Part shown: piece by piece, positions 53,949 to 63,819 of the stretch
Layout of the letters: each line of letters opens with the position of its first letter
Numbering within the stretch: the stretch's first letter is position 1
DNA from: Flaccisagitta enflata
Lineage: Eukaryota
Assembly (NCBI GenBank): GCA_965153355.1
Contig: OZ231126.1
Location: 32,302,001 to 32,366,000, forward strand
Length of the DNA stretch: 64,000 nucleotides
Direction of reading: 5' to 3'
Notes under the pieces: generated by a model
The model's input: only the letters and a program-made list of their open reading frames with translations
What the model was told of the DNA's origin: nothing
Database searches by the model: none
Program-made: the position numbers and the translations under genes

Positions 53949-56900
53949 TCAAATCCATTCCAACGCATCGAGGCCGATTCCACCGTAGTGGCTCTTCGTC
54001 GTCAGCCCCGCATTTAGGACGAAATTGGCGTCAATCGACGGCGATAATTGGGCACCACGCGCCCTTCTTCTTGTCATTGGTGGCGAATTCGAGGCCTCGT
54101 TCTTTGTGGCCATTTCTTCCATGCGTTCACACAATCTTAGTAAGTCCTCCTTCGTTTGGTTTCTGGTGATTAGTAGCAAATCACCCGGCAGAATACAGAT
54201 ATCATCTGTCAAGATACTTTTGCATCTAAAAGTATTGGTACCGACGCGGTCCATGACCTCAAAGGCATTTTTTTGTAATTTGAATGCCAACTTTTTTTGA
54301 ATGCCTTTTGCGAACGAAGTCCTTTTTAGTAAGCAAAGATCTCCACTTTTAAGCCTACGGCCATAATCAGTTGGCGAACTGTGATCTTTTTTCTTTAGAA
54401 ACGACTGTACGTTGTAAAGAAGAGACTCTTCCGCCGCCCTTTTCGCCAAAGAAATGGTCTCCTTTGCGGATTTGCTTCCTTTTCCATCTTCCTTTGACGC
54501 AATGTTCATCAACGGCGCCTTTAAGGTAGGTGAAAAGTGTAATTCCCGAGGCGAAATCGCCCCTTCTTCCGTCATAGGGCCTAGCCCACTATGCACCGAG
54601 TTATTGTAACAAATGATTGATTCATTTACCAACTTTGAGAATGGCGTTTTTGGATTAGACGAGTGATACTTCATTATTAAACGACTAATAGTTGATATTA
54701 GTCTTTCAGCCTTTGTTTGGCACCTGCTAATGTTTGCCATTCCATGGGTAATAGTCACACCACTATCCATTAAAAACTTCCTGGTAGCACTGTGCTTTGA
54801 TAATAATGCGTTATCACATACTATAGATTTAGGCAATCCATTCCACGCCTTTCTCATTTCCATCACGCCTTCTAGTACATAGTCATCATTAGTACCATTG
54901 GTTGGCGTACCAAAAGCGTAACGGCTGAAACTGTCACAAAATATTAAGACATATTTTGGCAAGCCTGACGCTGTTTTAAACATTGTATATGGCCCCGCAA
55001 AGTCCATAACTACCAATTCTCCGCTTTGACATGCAATTTGTTCTCCATCATCCTCTTTTCTTGCTCTGTTTGTTATGTGGTTATTCAAAGCGCAACTTGC
55101 GCACCGTGAGATGTATGTGTTCACCTTGAATCTCAGCCTGAACGCGTACCACTTTTTTGCGATTGCCGTAAATGTCTTTCTTTGACCGATGTGTGACAGA
55201 CCAGATGGGCAGTTCACATCAAACTCGTGGGTTTTAGCAATCAGTCTGTCCATTTGTGAATCACCAACCACCAAAAGAGGATCGATTGAACCGTTTCTAT
55301 GTGCCCATAGGCGAAATAAGATACCCTGCTCATTCAGCCTAAAGCATAGCTTATGTCGTAAGAATGTCTGTATATCCTTAAGCAGGCTCAAAGCATTAAT
55401 TTTTCGGGGAATCTCCTCCTCGCCCCTCAAATACTGAGCACACTTCCTAATTGTTTCATCTTCCTGCATTTCCTTTGCCTTTTCCAGATTGTCATCGTCA
55501 TACACGGGCAGGGTCACGTCTCTAAAGATGTCCTCCACTTTTTCGTCATCCGCATCATTCCACCCTTCTCCTATCTCCTCATCTGTCAATCCGAACGAAC
55601 AGATGTTCATCCTCCCAAGCTCCTTCTTTTCCTCCTCCTCTTCCTCCTTGACACTTCGACGGCGAGTTTCCTTCGACGCGACGTCGTCGTCGACGTCGTC
55701 GTCGCCCTCAATGACGTCACCATCGTCCTCAACGACGCTTTCATGCAAGTCGGTGACGAATCCCTCATCACTGACGTCATCAATTTCATCACCTGCTCTC
55801 AAGGAATCCATCACTCTATCATAGGTGAATTCTCTTACACACTCACGTGTTGTTTTTGTCGATTTGTCTTTGTCTGTCTCCACCTCCATTGTCCCTTCTA
55901 TTTGGCTGTCAACCGCGTCCTTGCGGGAATCATAGTCGTCATGAATTGGCTTTTCTTTTTTCTCGACCGAAACTGCCTTCGCTAATTTCTGCTTTCTATT
56001 CCGAACGAAGAAATCTTCCATTCTTTTGCTTTTTGGTGCTGTGAAGAGTTTTTTCCAACTTATTGGATTTCCATCTCCATTTATCAAACGGCCTTCCATG
56101 AACCTTGGATAGGTCCCTACCGGTGATAACTTATTTCCTTGAGGGTCAAATGTCCTTTCCTGCCTGCTAAAGATATCTGCCATGTTCAATTTCCCATCCA
56201 CATGAATGACCTTGAAATCAAACCGTTGCAAAGAAAGGATTTTTCTTGCCAAATCCATTGGCACTCTATCAATACTTGCCCAATCTCTGCAAGTCTCGCT
56301 GTCACTTACAACAAAAAATTGCCTGCCAGAAAGTAGGAAAAAATACTTATGCGTCATTTGCCAAAGGGCGACCAGTTCCTTCAACCAAATTGGGTAACAA
56401 CGCCAATTTTCGGGTATGCATGAGCTCCATACTCCCACCAAATGCAATTCCTTTCTTCCCTGCTCTCCTGATTGCTTGTGCTTCAGTGGCAACATCATCT
56501 GTGTCAGTATCCCACTCAGGCTGCTAGATGAGGCGTCACAAAAACAAAAGATTGTGTCCTCCACATCAGCACTAGGTGTCCTTAATACACAGCATTCTGG
56601 GTCTAATAAATGCTCCTTTATGTCCTGCAATGCCTTATGATGAATCGCTGACGGCCTGAAACGAACACCCGGTTTGTTTAGCTCTCTCAGAGGTGCTGCC
56701 AATTCTGACAGTCTGACTGCCATTCTGTCAAACCAGACAAAAAATGCAAGCATTGCATTTAATTTAGCTTTTGTTTCTGGGAAAGCCAATTTCTTGATTT
56801 TATCAATCTTTTCTGATGACAATGACAGCCTCTCCTCTCCCACTAAGTGACCTAGAATTCTGGCCTCATCTCTGAAGAAAATACATTTCTTTGGGTTCAT

Positions 56901-59894
56901 CAGCAGATTGTAGTAACTTGTTGTGGCCAAAAAGTCAGGCAAATCCTTTTCTATATGTTCTTCCTTGGTCATTGAACAGCATGAAACATCATCCTGAAAA
57001 GGATATGATCTAGGGCAATTTTCATAGCATTTTGATGAGGTAAATTGCCCCAAGTTGGCCGATTGTACATTTCCCATCAATAATCTGAGAGACTTGTAAA
57101 CTTTGCCTAAAGCATAGATACCAAATAGCTGTTGTGTCTGCTCGTCTGTCTTGACCTGATGAAAAAATTCTACGAAGTCAAAGTTTGAGAATACTTTATA
57201 TTGTGACAGCTCTCTTCTGAATGCCTCACAATTTGGCAAAGGGAATGAACTCTTTTTCAGTGATTTGTTGAGAGATTTTTGGTCTACTACCATTCGACTT
57301 TTGTACCTAATTTTGTTCTCACCACTATACCATCTTTCTTCCAAAATGATAAAAGCATTGGATGCATAGATAGAAGCTGATTCTCTGGAATTATCCACCT
57401 CTTTAATAACACCCATGTTGATAAGGTCTTCAATATGCTTTTTCAAATACTTTCTCTTACTGTCTGGACATCTTCTCTGCTTATCCTTGACTGGCACCAC
57501 TCCTGGTTGAACCTCAATATGCACCAATGGGATATTCTGAATGCCAGCTCTGAACTGATCTTTCCTGTCAACATTGTAAAAAATATCCTTGAAACATACT
57601 AAAAGCTCCTTCAACTTGCTCAAATATGGCTCCTCTACTCCTGAAAAATCAAAATTTGCCAGAAATATTTCATCTGATGGCCAAAATTCTGATTTTGCTC
57701 TTTTGTCCTTTTCAAGGTCAAAGTTTGCTTTGACACCCAGCAGATGGAGATTAGGACTTTGTCGCTTCGCCTCTAAATCACAGTAAATTCCTGTGTCCTG
57801 ACACCTTCTCAACAGATCATTACTAAGTCTGCCTTTGTTCACTATATCAGAGAGAAGAACGGGGCCTGTGACGTCATGCAGACCGTTCCGTTTTTCGCCT
57901 GGCTGCTGCCCGCAGCTGCTTTTCATTCCAGCCTCTGCTGCTGCTTCGCTGGGTTTGTGTGACGCTGCCGCTTCTCCAACCACAACCTCCTCCACACGTA
58001 CATCGTCTCGCCCTACGCCGTCTCTACAGACAGCTGACAACTCTCTTCTGTCTGTCCGTCCACTTTTGACTCCGTCCGTCACTCCGCATATCAATCCTAT
58101 CATTTCTTTTTCTAGCCTTTCGCGTTTTTCTTTCTCAGCGCCTTGAGTCCATTTTCGTTCTCTCCTTACTATTTTGTCCTCTGAGGCCTTCTGTCTCCGT
58201 TCCAAATTCGTCTCACCCTCTGTCCGAGTTTTTTTTCTCTCATCATATGATTCTCCGATGGACGTAATATCACTCGCCTCTCTTTCGCGCTTGCTGCCTT
58301 TTGTGTCTGCTTCTACTCTGTCCTTCCTTATTTTGTCCGCACCTTCAAGTGAGCCTTCTATCACATTTTTGCGAGGCTGAATATCAAGCACTTCACACAC
58401 TATTCTCTTTGTGTAACTTTCATCTGTTTTGTTCCTTTTATCATTAGCGATGACATTGACGATGCCGTTGTCACTATCACTGATGACATTGCCGATTTTG
58501 ATGTTACTATTTGCGATGACATTGATGTGTTTGTCGACTAACTTGTCATTGTTGTCAGTGTTGTTTTTGATGATTGTTCTTTTGTTGTCAGTGTTGTTCT
58601 CGACTATTTTGCTCTTGGACCCAGTGTTGTTTTTGACGATTGTTTTTTTGTTGTTTGTGTTGATATTCTCGTATTCATTTTTTTCCTTTACTGTCGCGCG
58701 TTCAACTGTTTGATTTTTGCTTTTTTCATTCATTCCTTTCATCACCACATCTATTTTGCAGACATCAACTTGAAACATCTTCAAGCTACGCGTCTCTTGT
58801 TCGTCTTTGGTGATACCGTGCTTCACAATCTCACCTATCCTCCAACCTGCCTTAATCGTCATTTCCTCGCCGGTAAGATTAGTGACTGGAATCATGAAAT
58901 TTACAGTACCACTCTCATACGTGACCGAGGGTATGTAGACTGAATGTATCTCTTCATCATAGAACGAAAGAAATGAAAATTTACTGTCAGTCCTAAAATT
59001 TGGCTCTATTTTGCACTCGACCATCGTGATTGATGTTGGATCAAGAGTGACAGTCCGTCTGTTTGACATCCAGTAATTTCTCTCAACTTTTGGCCAATTC
59101 CTCTCCATTAAACTACGACTTTCCCACTCCTTCTTTCTTTCCTCCAGGCTATCAACTGCTTCATTCAACGACCTCGACGTCAAAATCCTTTCATCTTTGA
59201 TATACATCAATTCATCCCTCGTGCTCAAGTTGAGGCCCAGGCTCCTATCGCGAAGCAGGTCAGAACCTATAATTGATGTTTCCACATCGCACACATAGAA
59301 TGAACACCTCACACTTTGTGGGTAAAAATGTAGTGTAACATCCACCATATCTGTCACCTCCGCCCCTACTTGGCCTGTAAAACCTAGTAGTTGTACTCCT
59401 GGACCCTTCCTTTTTCTGATGTTTTTTACCAAAGCTGAGGCTATGACACTACACTCTGCTCCAGTGTCAATGAAGAATTCGCCTTTGACCGCGCCATCTT
59501 GACCATTATCACTCCCATCCTCACTCTCTTTGTCCCATGGTGATACCATACATGCCACATAGAATTTACTTCCTTTCATAAAACCCGTTGAACATCCATT
59601 TTCTTCCTCTTCTTCCTCAAATTCCTTTTTATTCACGTTAGCACAATGCAATGACTGTCTGTCACCTTCTCTGTCACTTTCACTGTCATTTTCACTGTCA
59701 CTTTCACTGTCACCTTCTCTGTCACCTTCTCTGCCACTCCTATCGTCACCTTCTTTTTCTTGCCCATTTAAAACATGTCCCACTGAATCTATGTTCAACT
59801 CATATTCATTCGGAGATTTTGATATTGAAAGACATTGTAATTTATCACCGATACTTTTCTCATCCTCTTTATGTGATAATGGTTGCTGTAATTG
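53949..59894 (-). CDS. pol: pol: aspartic protease, dUTPase-like region, RT, RNase H, integrase (open from the gag stop)
   Basis: FIDTGAECSVI..IIGSDLL; RT RMVVDQKSLN, FQDD (56988-56999), ILGH; RH CDAS..KELVAL..SDS; IN H..H..CxxC, MDFAGP, CDN, KAER. Confidence 0.95.
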   Translation of the reverse strand, partial: QLQQPLSHKEDEKSIGDKLQCLSISKSPNEYELNIDSVGHVLNGQEKEGDDRSGREGDREGDSESDSENDSESDREGDRQSLHCANVNKKEFEEEEEENGCSTGFMKGSKFYVACMVSPWDKESEDGSDNGQDGAVKGEFFIDTGAECSVIASALVKNIRKRKGPGVQLLGFTGQVGAEVTDMVDVTLHFYPQSVRCSFYVCDVETSIIGSDLLRDRSLGLNLSTRDELMYIKDERILTSRSLNEAVDSLEERKKEWESRSLMERNWPKVERNYWMSNRRTVTLDPTSITMVECKIEPNFRTDSKFSFLSFYDEEIHSVYIPSVTYESGTVNFMIPVTNLTGEEMTIKAGWRIGEIVKHGITKDEQETRSLKMFQVDVCKIDVVMKGMNEKSKNQTVERATVKEKNEYENINTNNKKTIVKNNTGSKSKIVENNTDNKRTIIKNNTDNNDKLVDKHINVIANSNIKIGNVISDSDNGIVNVIANDKRNKTDESYTKRIVCEVLDIQPRKNVIEGSLEGADKIRKDRVEADTKGSKREREASDITSIGESYDERKKTRTEGETNLERRQKASEDKIVRRERKWTQGAEKEKRERLEKEMIGLICGVTDGVKSGRTDRRELSAVCRDGVGRDDVRVEEVVVGEAAASHKPSEAAAEAGMKSSCGQQPGEKRNGLHDVTGPVLLSDIVNKGRLSNDLLRRCQDTGIYCDLEAKRQSPNLHLLGVKANFDLEKDKRAKSEFWPSDEIFLANFDFSGVEEPYLSKLKELLVCFKDIFYNVDRKDQFRAGIQNIPLVHIEVQPGVVPVKDKQRRCPDSKRKYLKKHIEDLINMGVIKEVDNSRESASIYASNAFIILEERWYSGENKIRYKSRMVVDQKSLNKSLKKSSFPLPNCEAFRRELSQYKVFSNFDFVEFFHQVKTDEQTQQLFGIYALGKVYKSLRLLMGNVQSANLGQFTSSKCYENCPRSYPFQDDVSCCSMTKEEHIEKDLPDFLATTSYYNLLMNPKKCIFFRDEARILGHLVGEERLSLSSEKIDKIKKLAFPETKAKLNAMLAFFVWFDRMAVRLSELAAPLRELNKPGVRFRPSAIHHKALQDIKEHLLDPECCVLRTPSADVEDTIFCFCDASSSSLSGILTQMMLPLKHKQSGEQGRKELHLVGVWSSCIPENWRCYPIWLKELVALWQMTHKYFFLLSGRQFFVVSDSETCRDWASIDRVPMDLARKILSLQRFDFKVIHVDGKLNMADIFSRQERTFDPQGNKLSPVGTYPRFMEGRLINGDGNPISWKKLFTAPKSKRMEDFFVRNRKQKLAKAVSVEKKEKPIHDDYDSRKDAVDSQIEGTMEVETDKDKSTKTTRECVREFTYDRVMDSLRAGDEIDDVSDEGFVTDLHESVVEDDGDVIEGDDDVDDDVASKETRRRSVKEEEEEEKKELGRMNICSFGLTDEEIGEGWNDADDEKVEDIFRDVTLPVYDDDNLEKAKEMQEDETIRKCAQYLRGEEEIPRKINALSLLKDIQTFLRHKLCFRLNEQGILFRLWAHRNGSIDPLLVVGDSQMDRLIAKTHEFDVNCPSGLSHIGQRKTFTAIAKKWYAFRLRFKVNTYISRCASCALNNHITNRARKEDDGEQIACQSGELVVMDFAGPYTMFKTASGLPKYVLIFCDSFSRYAFGTPTNGTNDDYVLEGVMEMRKAWNGLPKSIVCDNALLSKHSATRKFLMDSGVTITHGMANISRCQTKAERLISTISRLIMKYHSSNPKTPFSKLVNESIICYNNSVHSGLGPMTEEGAISPRELHFSPTLKAPLMNIASKEDGKGSKSAKETISLAKRAAEESLLYNVQSFLKKKDHSSPTDYGRRLKSGDLCLLKRTSFAKGIQKKLAFKLQKNAFEVMDRVGTNTFRCKSILTDDICILPGDLLLITRNQTKEDLLRLCERMEEMATKNEASNSPPMTRRRARGAQLSPSIDANFVLNAGLTTKSHYGGIGLDALEWI

Positions 59895-62180
59895 TCATGC
59901 CTGCAATCTGTCTTTGTCTCCGTTTCTGTCAGCGTCTCTGGCCAAGATGATGGCCTCAGATTTATCTTTTGGTCTGTCCTCACACTCTATGGCGATATGA
60001 CATTCTTTCCTCAAATCCACGCCACAACACGGACAAAATGACCGACAAAATTCATATGATCCATTCCATACATGTGTCTTACTTAAACAAGCGGCGCATC
60101 CAGATAATTGCATCTTTTTCATCTTCATGGCCAGGAGGATTCCTTCCGGCGTCATCCCCGATTCTGACGCTGACGAGATCGATGCTCCAATTTCGTTGAC
60201 GTGCGCCTTCCATGATGATTGCGTCCCTCTCGCCTGCGCGCTCGACGCTCCCGACGACGCGTTGGCGCCTCCACGTGCGCCACTTCCGGCGTAACTACCT
60301 CGTGGTAAACTCTGACTCCTAGGCGGCGCATACTTGCTCCAGTTTCCTCCTCCGCCGTTTCCATTCGACCATCCTCTACCGGCGCCACTATTTGACCATC
60401 CTCTACCGGCGCCGCTCGACCATCCTCTACCTGCGGCGCCGCTCGTCCATCCTCTTCCGGCTGGTGCGCTTCCTCCTCGTGGCGCCGGTGCTCCTCTCGT
60501 TTGCGTATTGTGGCCCCTTCCTCTATGTGAAGCTGACGAACTTTGCTGAGAACCTGTGTTGGTTAAAGCCGAAACGTTGCGTTGATGGTTATTTTTGTTA
60601 TCCTTGCCCTCCAAGAATGCTTTATCGAGGCTTATCTGAGCCTCTATGTGTTGAGCGTGATTGGCAAGCCGTCTCAATGTTCTTTGCCCATCCTGATATT
60701 GTGCGTTTGACACTGTGTGTGCTAATGTTCTATTGTATAATCCTGCCAAAAATGGTTGGATGTAGTCGTTCTCTTGTCTGCCAATGATGAATATCAAATC
60801 AACATAATCTGTGAAATACTCTGAAACCGACTCATTGCTTTGTTGTTTACGGTTGTGAAGTCTCCCCAACGCAATCGAGTCTAAATTAGGATAGAGTTGA
60901 TGCTCAAATTCCTTAATGAATGCCATAAAGCTAGAAAACGTTGCCTCGCGCTTGAAGATAGGCTGAAACGTTTTATAGAAGACATGAGCTTTCAAGGCGA
61001 ATATCCCCAAATGAGTGAACATAGGGCAAGCGCCAAAATAGCAAGACAACTGATCAACTAGCTTACGTCTTTGTTCCAAGTACAATAATGCATCCATATT
61101 TTCCTTAAAATCAACATTCACAATTTTCGCCGCCCTCACTACACTATCAGCGTCAGCTTCACCACCACATAGAGTTCCTCCTCTAGGAAACATGAGAACT
61201 ACCCCTGGTTTTTCAAACAACCCTGGATATTGCGGCGTTGAGGGTGGGTTGGGAGATGGGGTGGAAATTGTGTGTGTATTGGCTTGTACATCGTACACCG
61301 ACCTATTCGATGACGCTGGTCTCAAAATTCCATTTACTATCCTTTGACCGGATGCTACTCTTGTCTGACCTGATGTTCCAGTCGTTTGACCTGATGTTCC
61401 AGTCGTTTGACCTGATGCCTCAGCGCCTTGCTTGGACGAATTGGACGAATGAGTCAAGACGGGTGAGAAAGAGAAATGTACTTTCTTCGTTGCTCCAACG
61501 CCGCCTATTGCTCCTGCCTCCGTCGCTCCCGCGTCGTCGTTATCTGCCGGGAACAATCTGTTGCCATCTGCAACGATACTTGCATTATCAATGGGCCATG
61601 TTGTGCGATCCCCGGTGTGGTCCCACCCATCATCATCATCCTCACCATCACCATCATCATCATCTTCATTCTCACTCGAAGACTTTGATTCTGTGTTAAG
61701 TGATACCAATAAGTCGTCTACATCTTTGAAAATCCTTTTCATCTCATTCTCATTCCCGCCTGTAATAAATGCTAGATAGGCGTCATTCAAATTGCGCATC
61801 AGGTGTAACATGACTTGTTTAGTTGCCTGAAGACTTCTAATCCTTTCTTGATTTGACTCGATGGTCTGGGCCTGTCTCTCTACTGTATTTTGTAGCGCAT
61901 CAATCGCTTCTGATTGTTTGCCTTCAGTATCTGCAGACCGTATACATCGTACTAGGTTATTCCTCTGTTGTAATAACTCACGAGTGAACTGATCAACTGG
62001 CATTTTCGTTTTTGATTTACATCCTTTTATCGACCCACCTTTGTGCTGTGATGGAGGCCTCCAGCATTTCGGACACCAAATGGTGGCTGAGACACCAGGT
62101 CTCAGTTGTGATATTCGAGCTGACAAGTCTGCTATCTCTTGAAGAAGCTCATTTGTAGTTACCTCCTCTGGGGTTGACAT
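59895..62180 (-). CDS. gag: gag, 761 aa
   Basis: N-terminal CX2CX6HX7C and coiled coil; capsid MHR-like KQQSNESVSEY; RG-rich GRGWS repeats; C-terminal Cys/His zinc motifs; located after the PBS. Confidence 0.9.
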   Translation of the reverse strand: MSTPEEVTTNELLQEIADLSARISQLRPGVSATIWCPKCWRPPSQHKGGSIKGCKSKTKMPVDQFTRELLQQRNNLVRCIRSADTEGKQSEAIDALQNTVERQAQTIESNQERIRSLQATKQVMLHLMRNLNDAYLAFITGGNENEMKRIFKDVDDLLVSLNTESKSSSENEDDDDGDGEDDDDGWDHTGDRTTWPIDNASIVADGNRLFPADNDDAGATEAGAIGGVGATKKVHFSFSPVLTHSSNSSKQGAEASGQTTGTSGQTTGTSGQTRVASGQRIVNGILRPASSNRSVYDVQANTHTISTPSPNPPSTPQYPGLFEKPGVVLMFPRGGTLCGGEADADSVVRAAKIVNVDFKENMDALLYLEQRRKLVDQLSCYFGACPMFTHLGIFALKAHVFYKTFQPIFKREATFSSFMAFIKEFEHQLYPNLDSIALGRLHNRKQQSNESVSEYFTDYVDLIFIIGRQENDYIQPFLAGLYNRTLAHTVSNAQYQDGQRTLRRLANHAQHIEAQISLDKAFLEGKDNKNNHQRNVSALTNTGSQQSSSASHRGRGHNTQTRGAPAPRGGSAPAGRGWTSGAAGRGWSSGAGRGWSNSGAGRGWSNGNGGGGNWSKYAPPRSQSLPRGSYAGSGARGGANASSGASSAQARGTQSSWKAHVNEIGASISSASESGMTPEGILLAMKMKKMQLSGCAACLSKTHVWNGSYEFCRSFCPCCGVDLRKECHIAIECEDRPKDKSEAIILARDADRNGDKDRLQA

Positions 62181-62398
62181 CTTGGAAAAAAGTCGAAGAT
62201 CCTACCTCGGCTTTTACACGGACGGCGAGAGCCGCCGTTAATGTTTCTGTCTGATCGAAACGAAGATCGATACCGCCTCGCGATGATCGATGAACTTTGG
62301 GAGAGACCCGCGTTGAATCCCTTTTCTTAGAAACGCCGCCGGGGCTCCTGCCCAACTGACCGAATAGCCACTTGTGGCGCGCAGATTTTACTAGACCA

Positions 62399-62409
62399 CC
62401 GTGCCTCCA
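62399..62409 (-). other. Primer-binding site, probably tRNA-Thr
   Basis: Minus strand TGGAGGCACGG directly after the 5' LTR; complementary to ...CCGUGCCUCCA, as recalled for tRNA-Thr 3' ends. Confidence 0.65.
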
Positions 62410-62774
62410 AGTATGACATTGAAGTCATACGGACTGAAAGAAAGACGAAATTTCTTTGGAATTTCTTGGTTTACTCTTTAATTTTATCATTCATATAAAA
62501 TTAACAATAAAATATATAAAACAACAACAAATAAAGGGCATTCTGTACGCTTAATGTTCTCTTACCTGAAAGAAAGACGAAATTTCTTTGGAATTTCTTG
62601 GTTTACTGAAATTCCAAAGAAATTTTCGTTTATATATCACCCGCATTAGAAATCTGTAAAGTTTGTGGTGTATTACGTCAATTGCTAAATTAAATAGGGG
62701 TCCCTCATATTCTTATAAAGGACATTCTAATAGTAGGGTGTTTCAAGTGGGTATAAGGAGTCCCATTCCATACT
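62410..62774 (-). repeat. 5' LTR
   Basis: Matches 50947-51311. Confidence 0.95.
62605..62636 (-). promoter_or_regulatory. LTR core promoter: TATA + Inr
   Basis: Minus strand TATATAAA (62636-62629) lies 29 nt upstream of the A of TCAGT (62607). Confidence 0.65.
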
Positions 62775-63150
62775 ATGAGCACAGCTGCTCATCTGTGAGG
62801 GCATTTTTGAGCATTTTAGCTCATTTAGCTCACTAAGCTCAGTCTGTTTTTTCCGATTTCAAATATGATAAATGAATAAATATTTTCAAACTTGATTAAG
62901 CAAGCAAATAAAAAAACATGTCAGTGAGCAGAGCTGCTCATCTGTGAGGGCGTTTTCAAGTATTCTAGCTCATTTAGCTCATTCAGCTTGCGCTTTTTCT
63001 CTGATTTTAAACAGGATAAATAAATTAATGTTTTGACTTAAGCATGCAAATACAAGAGAGCATGTCAGTGAGCAAAGCTGGTTGTCTGGTTGAATCATTT
63101 TGATCATTTTAGCTCATCTAGCTCATTTGGCTCAGTCCTATTTTTCTCTG
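62775..63150. repeat. ~144-bp tandem repeat that hosts the LTR insertion
   Basis: TGAGCA.AGCTG at ~62776, ~62926 and ~63069; the unit's AGCATGCAAATACAAGA segment also lies left of the element (~50916). Confidence 0.75.
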
Positions 63151-63560
63151 ATTTTCAGTGCAGTCAATACATACAATTGCTTTTGATTTGATCTAACAAA
63201 ATTTCAGTGACTGAAGATGGTGAAAAGTGACCAATGCGTACGACTTTTTTCCTCACGGCGACAGCCGCCATTACTGGTATTTTGTCACTCAGTCAATTTG
63301 TCAATTTAGTCGTTTAAGTCATTTATCATCATTTTATGTCTTTTGAAGTTATTTCTAGTCATCATAAGTCATTTTAAGTCAATTTGAGTCATCCTAAGTC
63401 ATTCATATCCCGTAGGCGACTTATAGGTGTTGGCCTTGTTTGTTTGGAAATAGCATTAGTTTAAATCAAAACTTTGTCTTTTTATTTTCACAATCCTCAT
63501 ATAAAAAGCAAAATAGAGCTTCTCTTTGGAAGGCTCTAGCTCCTAAACCGTTTGAGATAC

Positions 63561-63819
63561 AGACCTGAGATTGGTCTAGATTGAAAGTTTTTTTGAAATC
63601 TTTGAAAATGTCTTAATCAAAAACAAGGCCAACACCTATAAGTCACGTGCGAGACTTACAGATTGACTTAGAATGACTTAGAATGGCTTAGAATGAGTTG
63701 GTTTACCCTAAGATGACTTAAAATGACCTAAAGAAATAAGATTGATAAAAAAAAGTAAAATAGGGACCAACCAACCGACCGACCAACCGGGTGTAGAGTT
63801 GCGTGCATGCGACTAAAAA
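63561..63819 (-). mobile_element. Family A HINE-like copy
   Basis: AACAAGGCCAACACC ... GCATGCGACTAAAAA. Confidence 0.65.

Larger units (their letters stand above)
50947..62774 (-). mobile_element. Intact 11.8-kb Ty3/gypsy-type LTR retrotransposon with an antisense accessory cassette
   Basis: Paired 365-bp LTRs, TSD ATGA (50943-50946, 62775-62778), PBS, PPT, gag, pol in PR-RT-RH-IN order. Confidence 0.95.
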
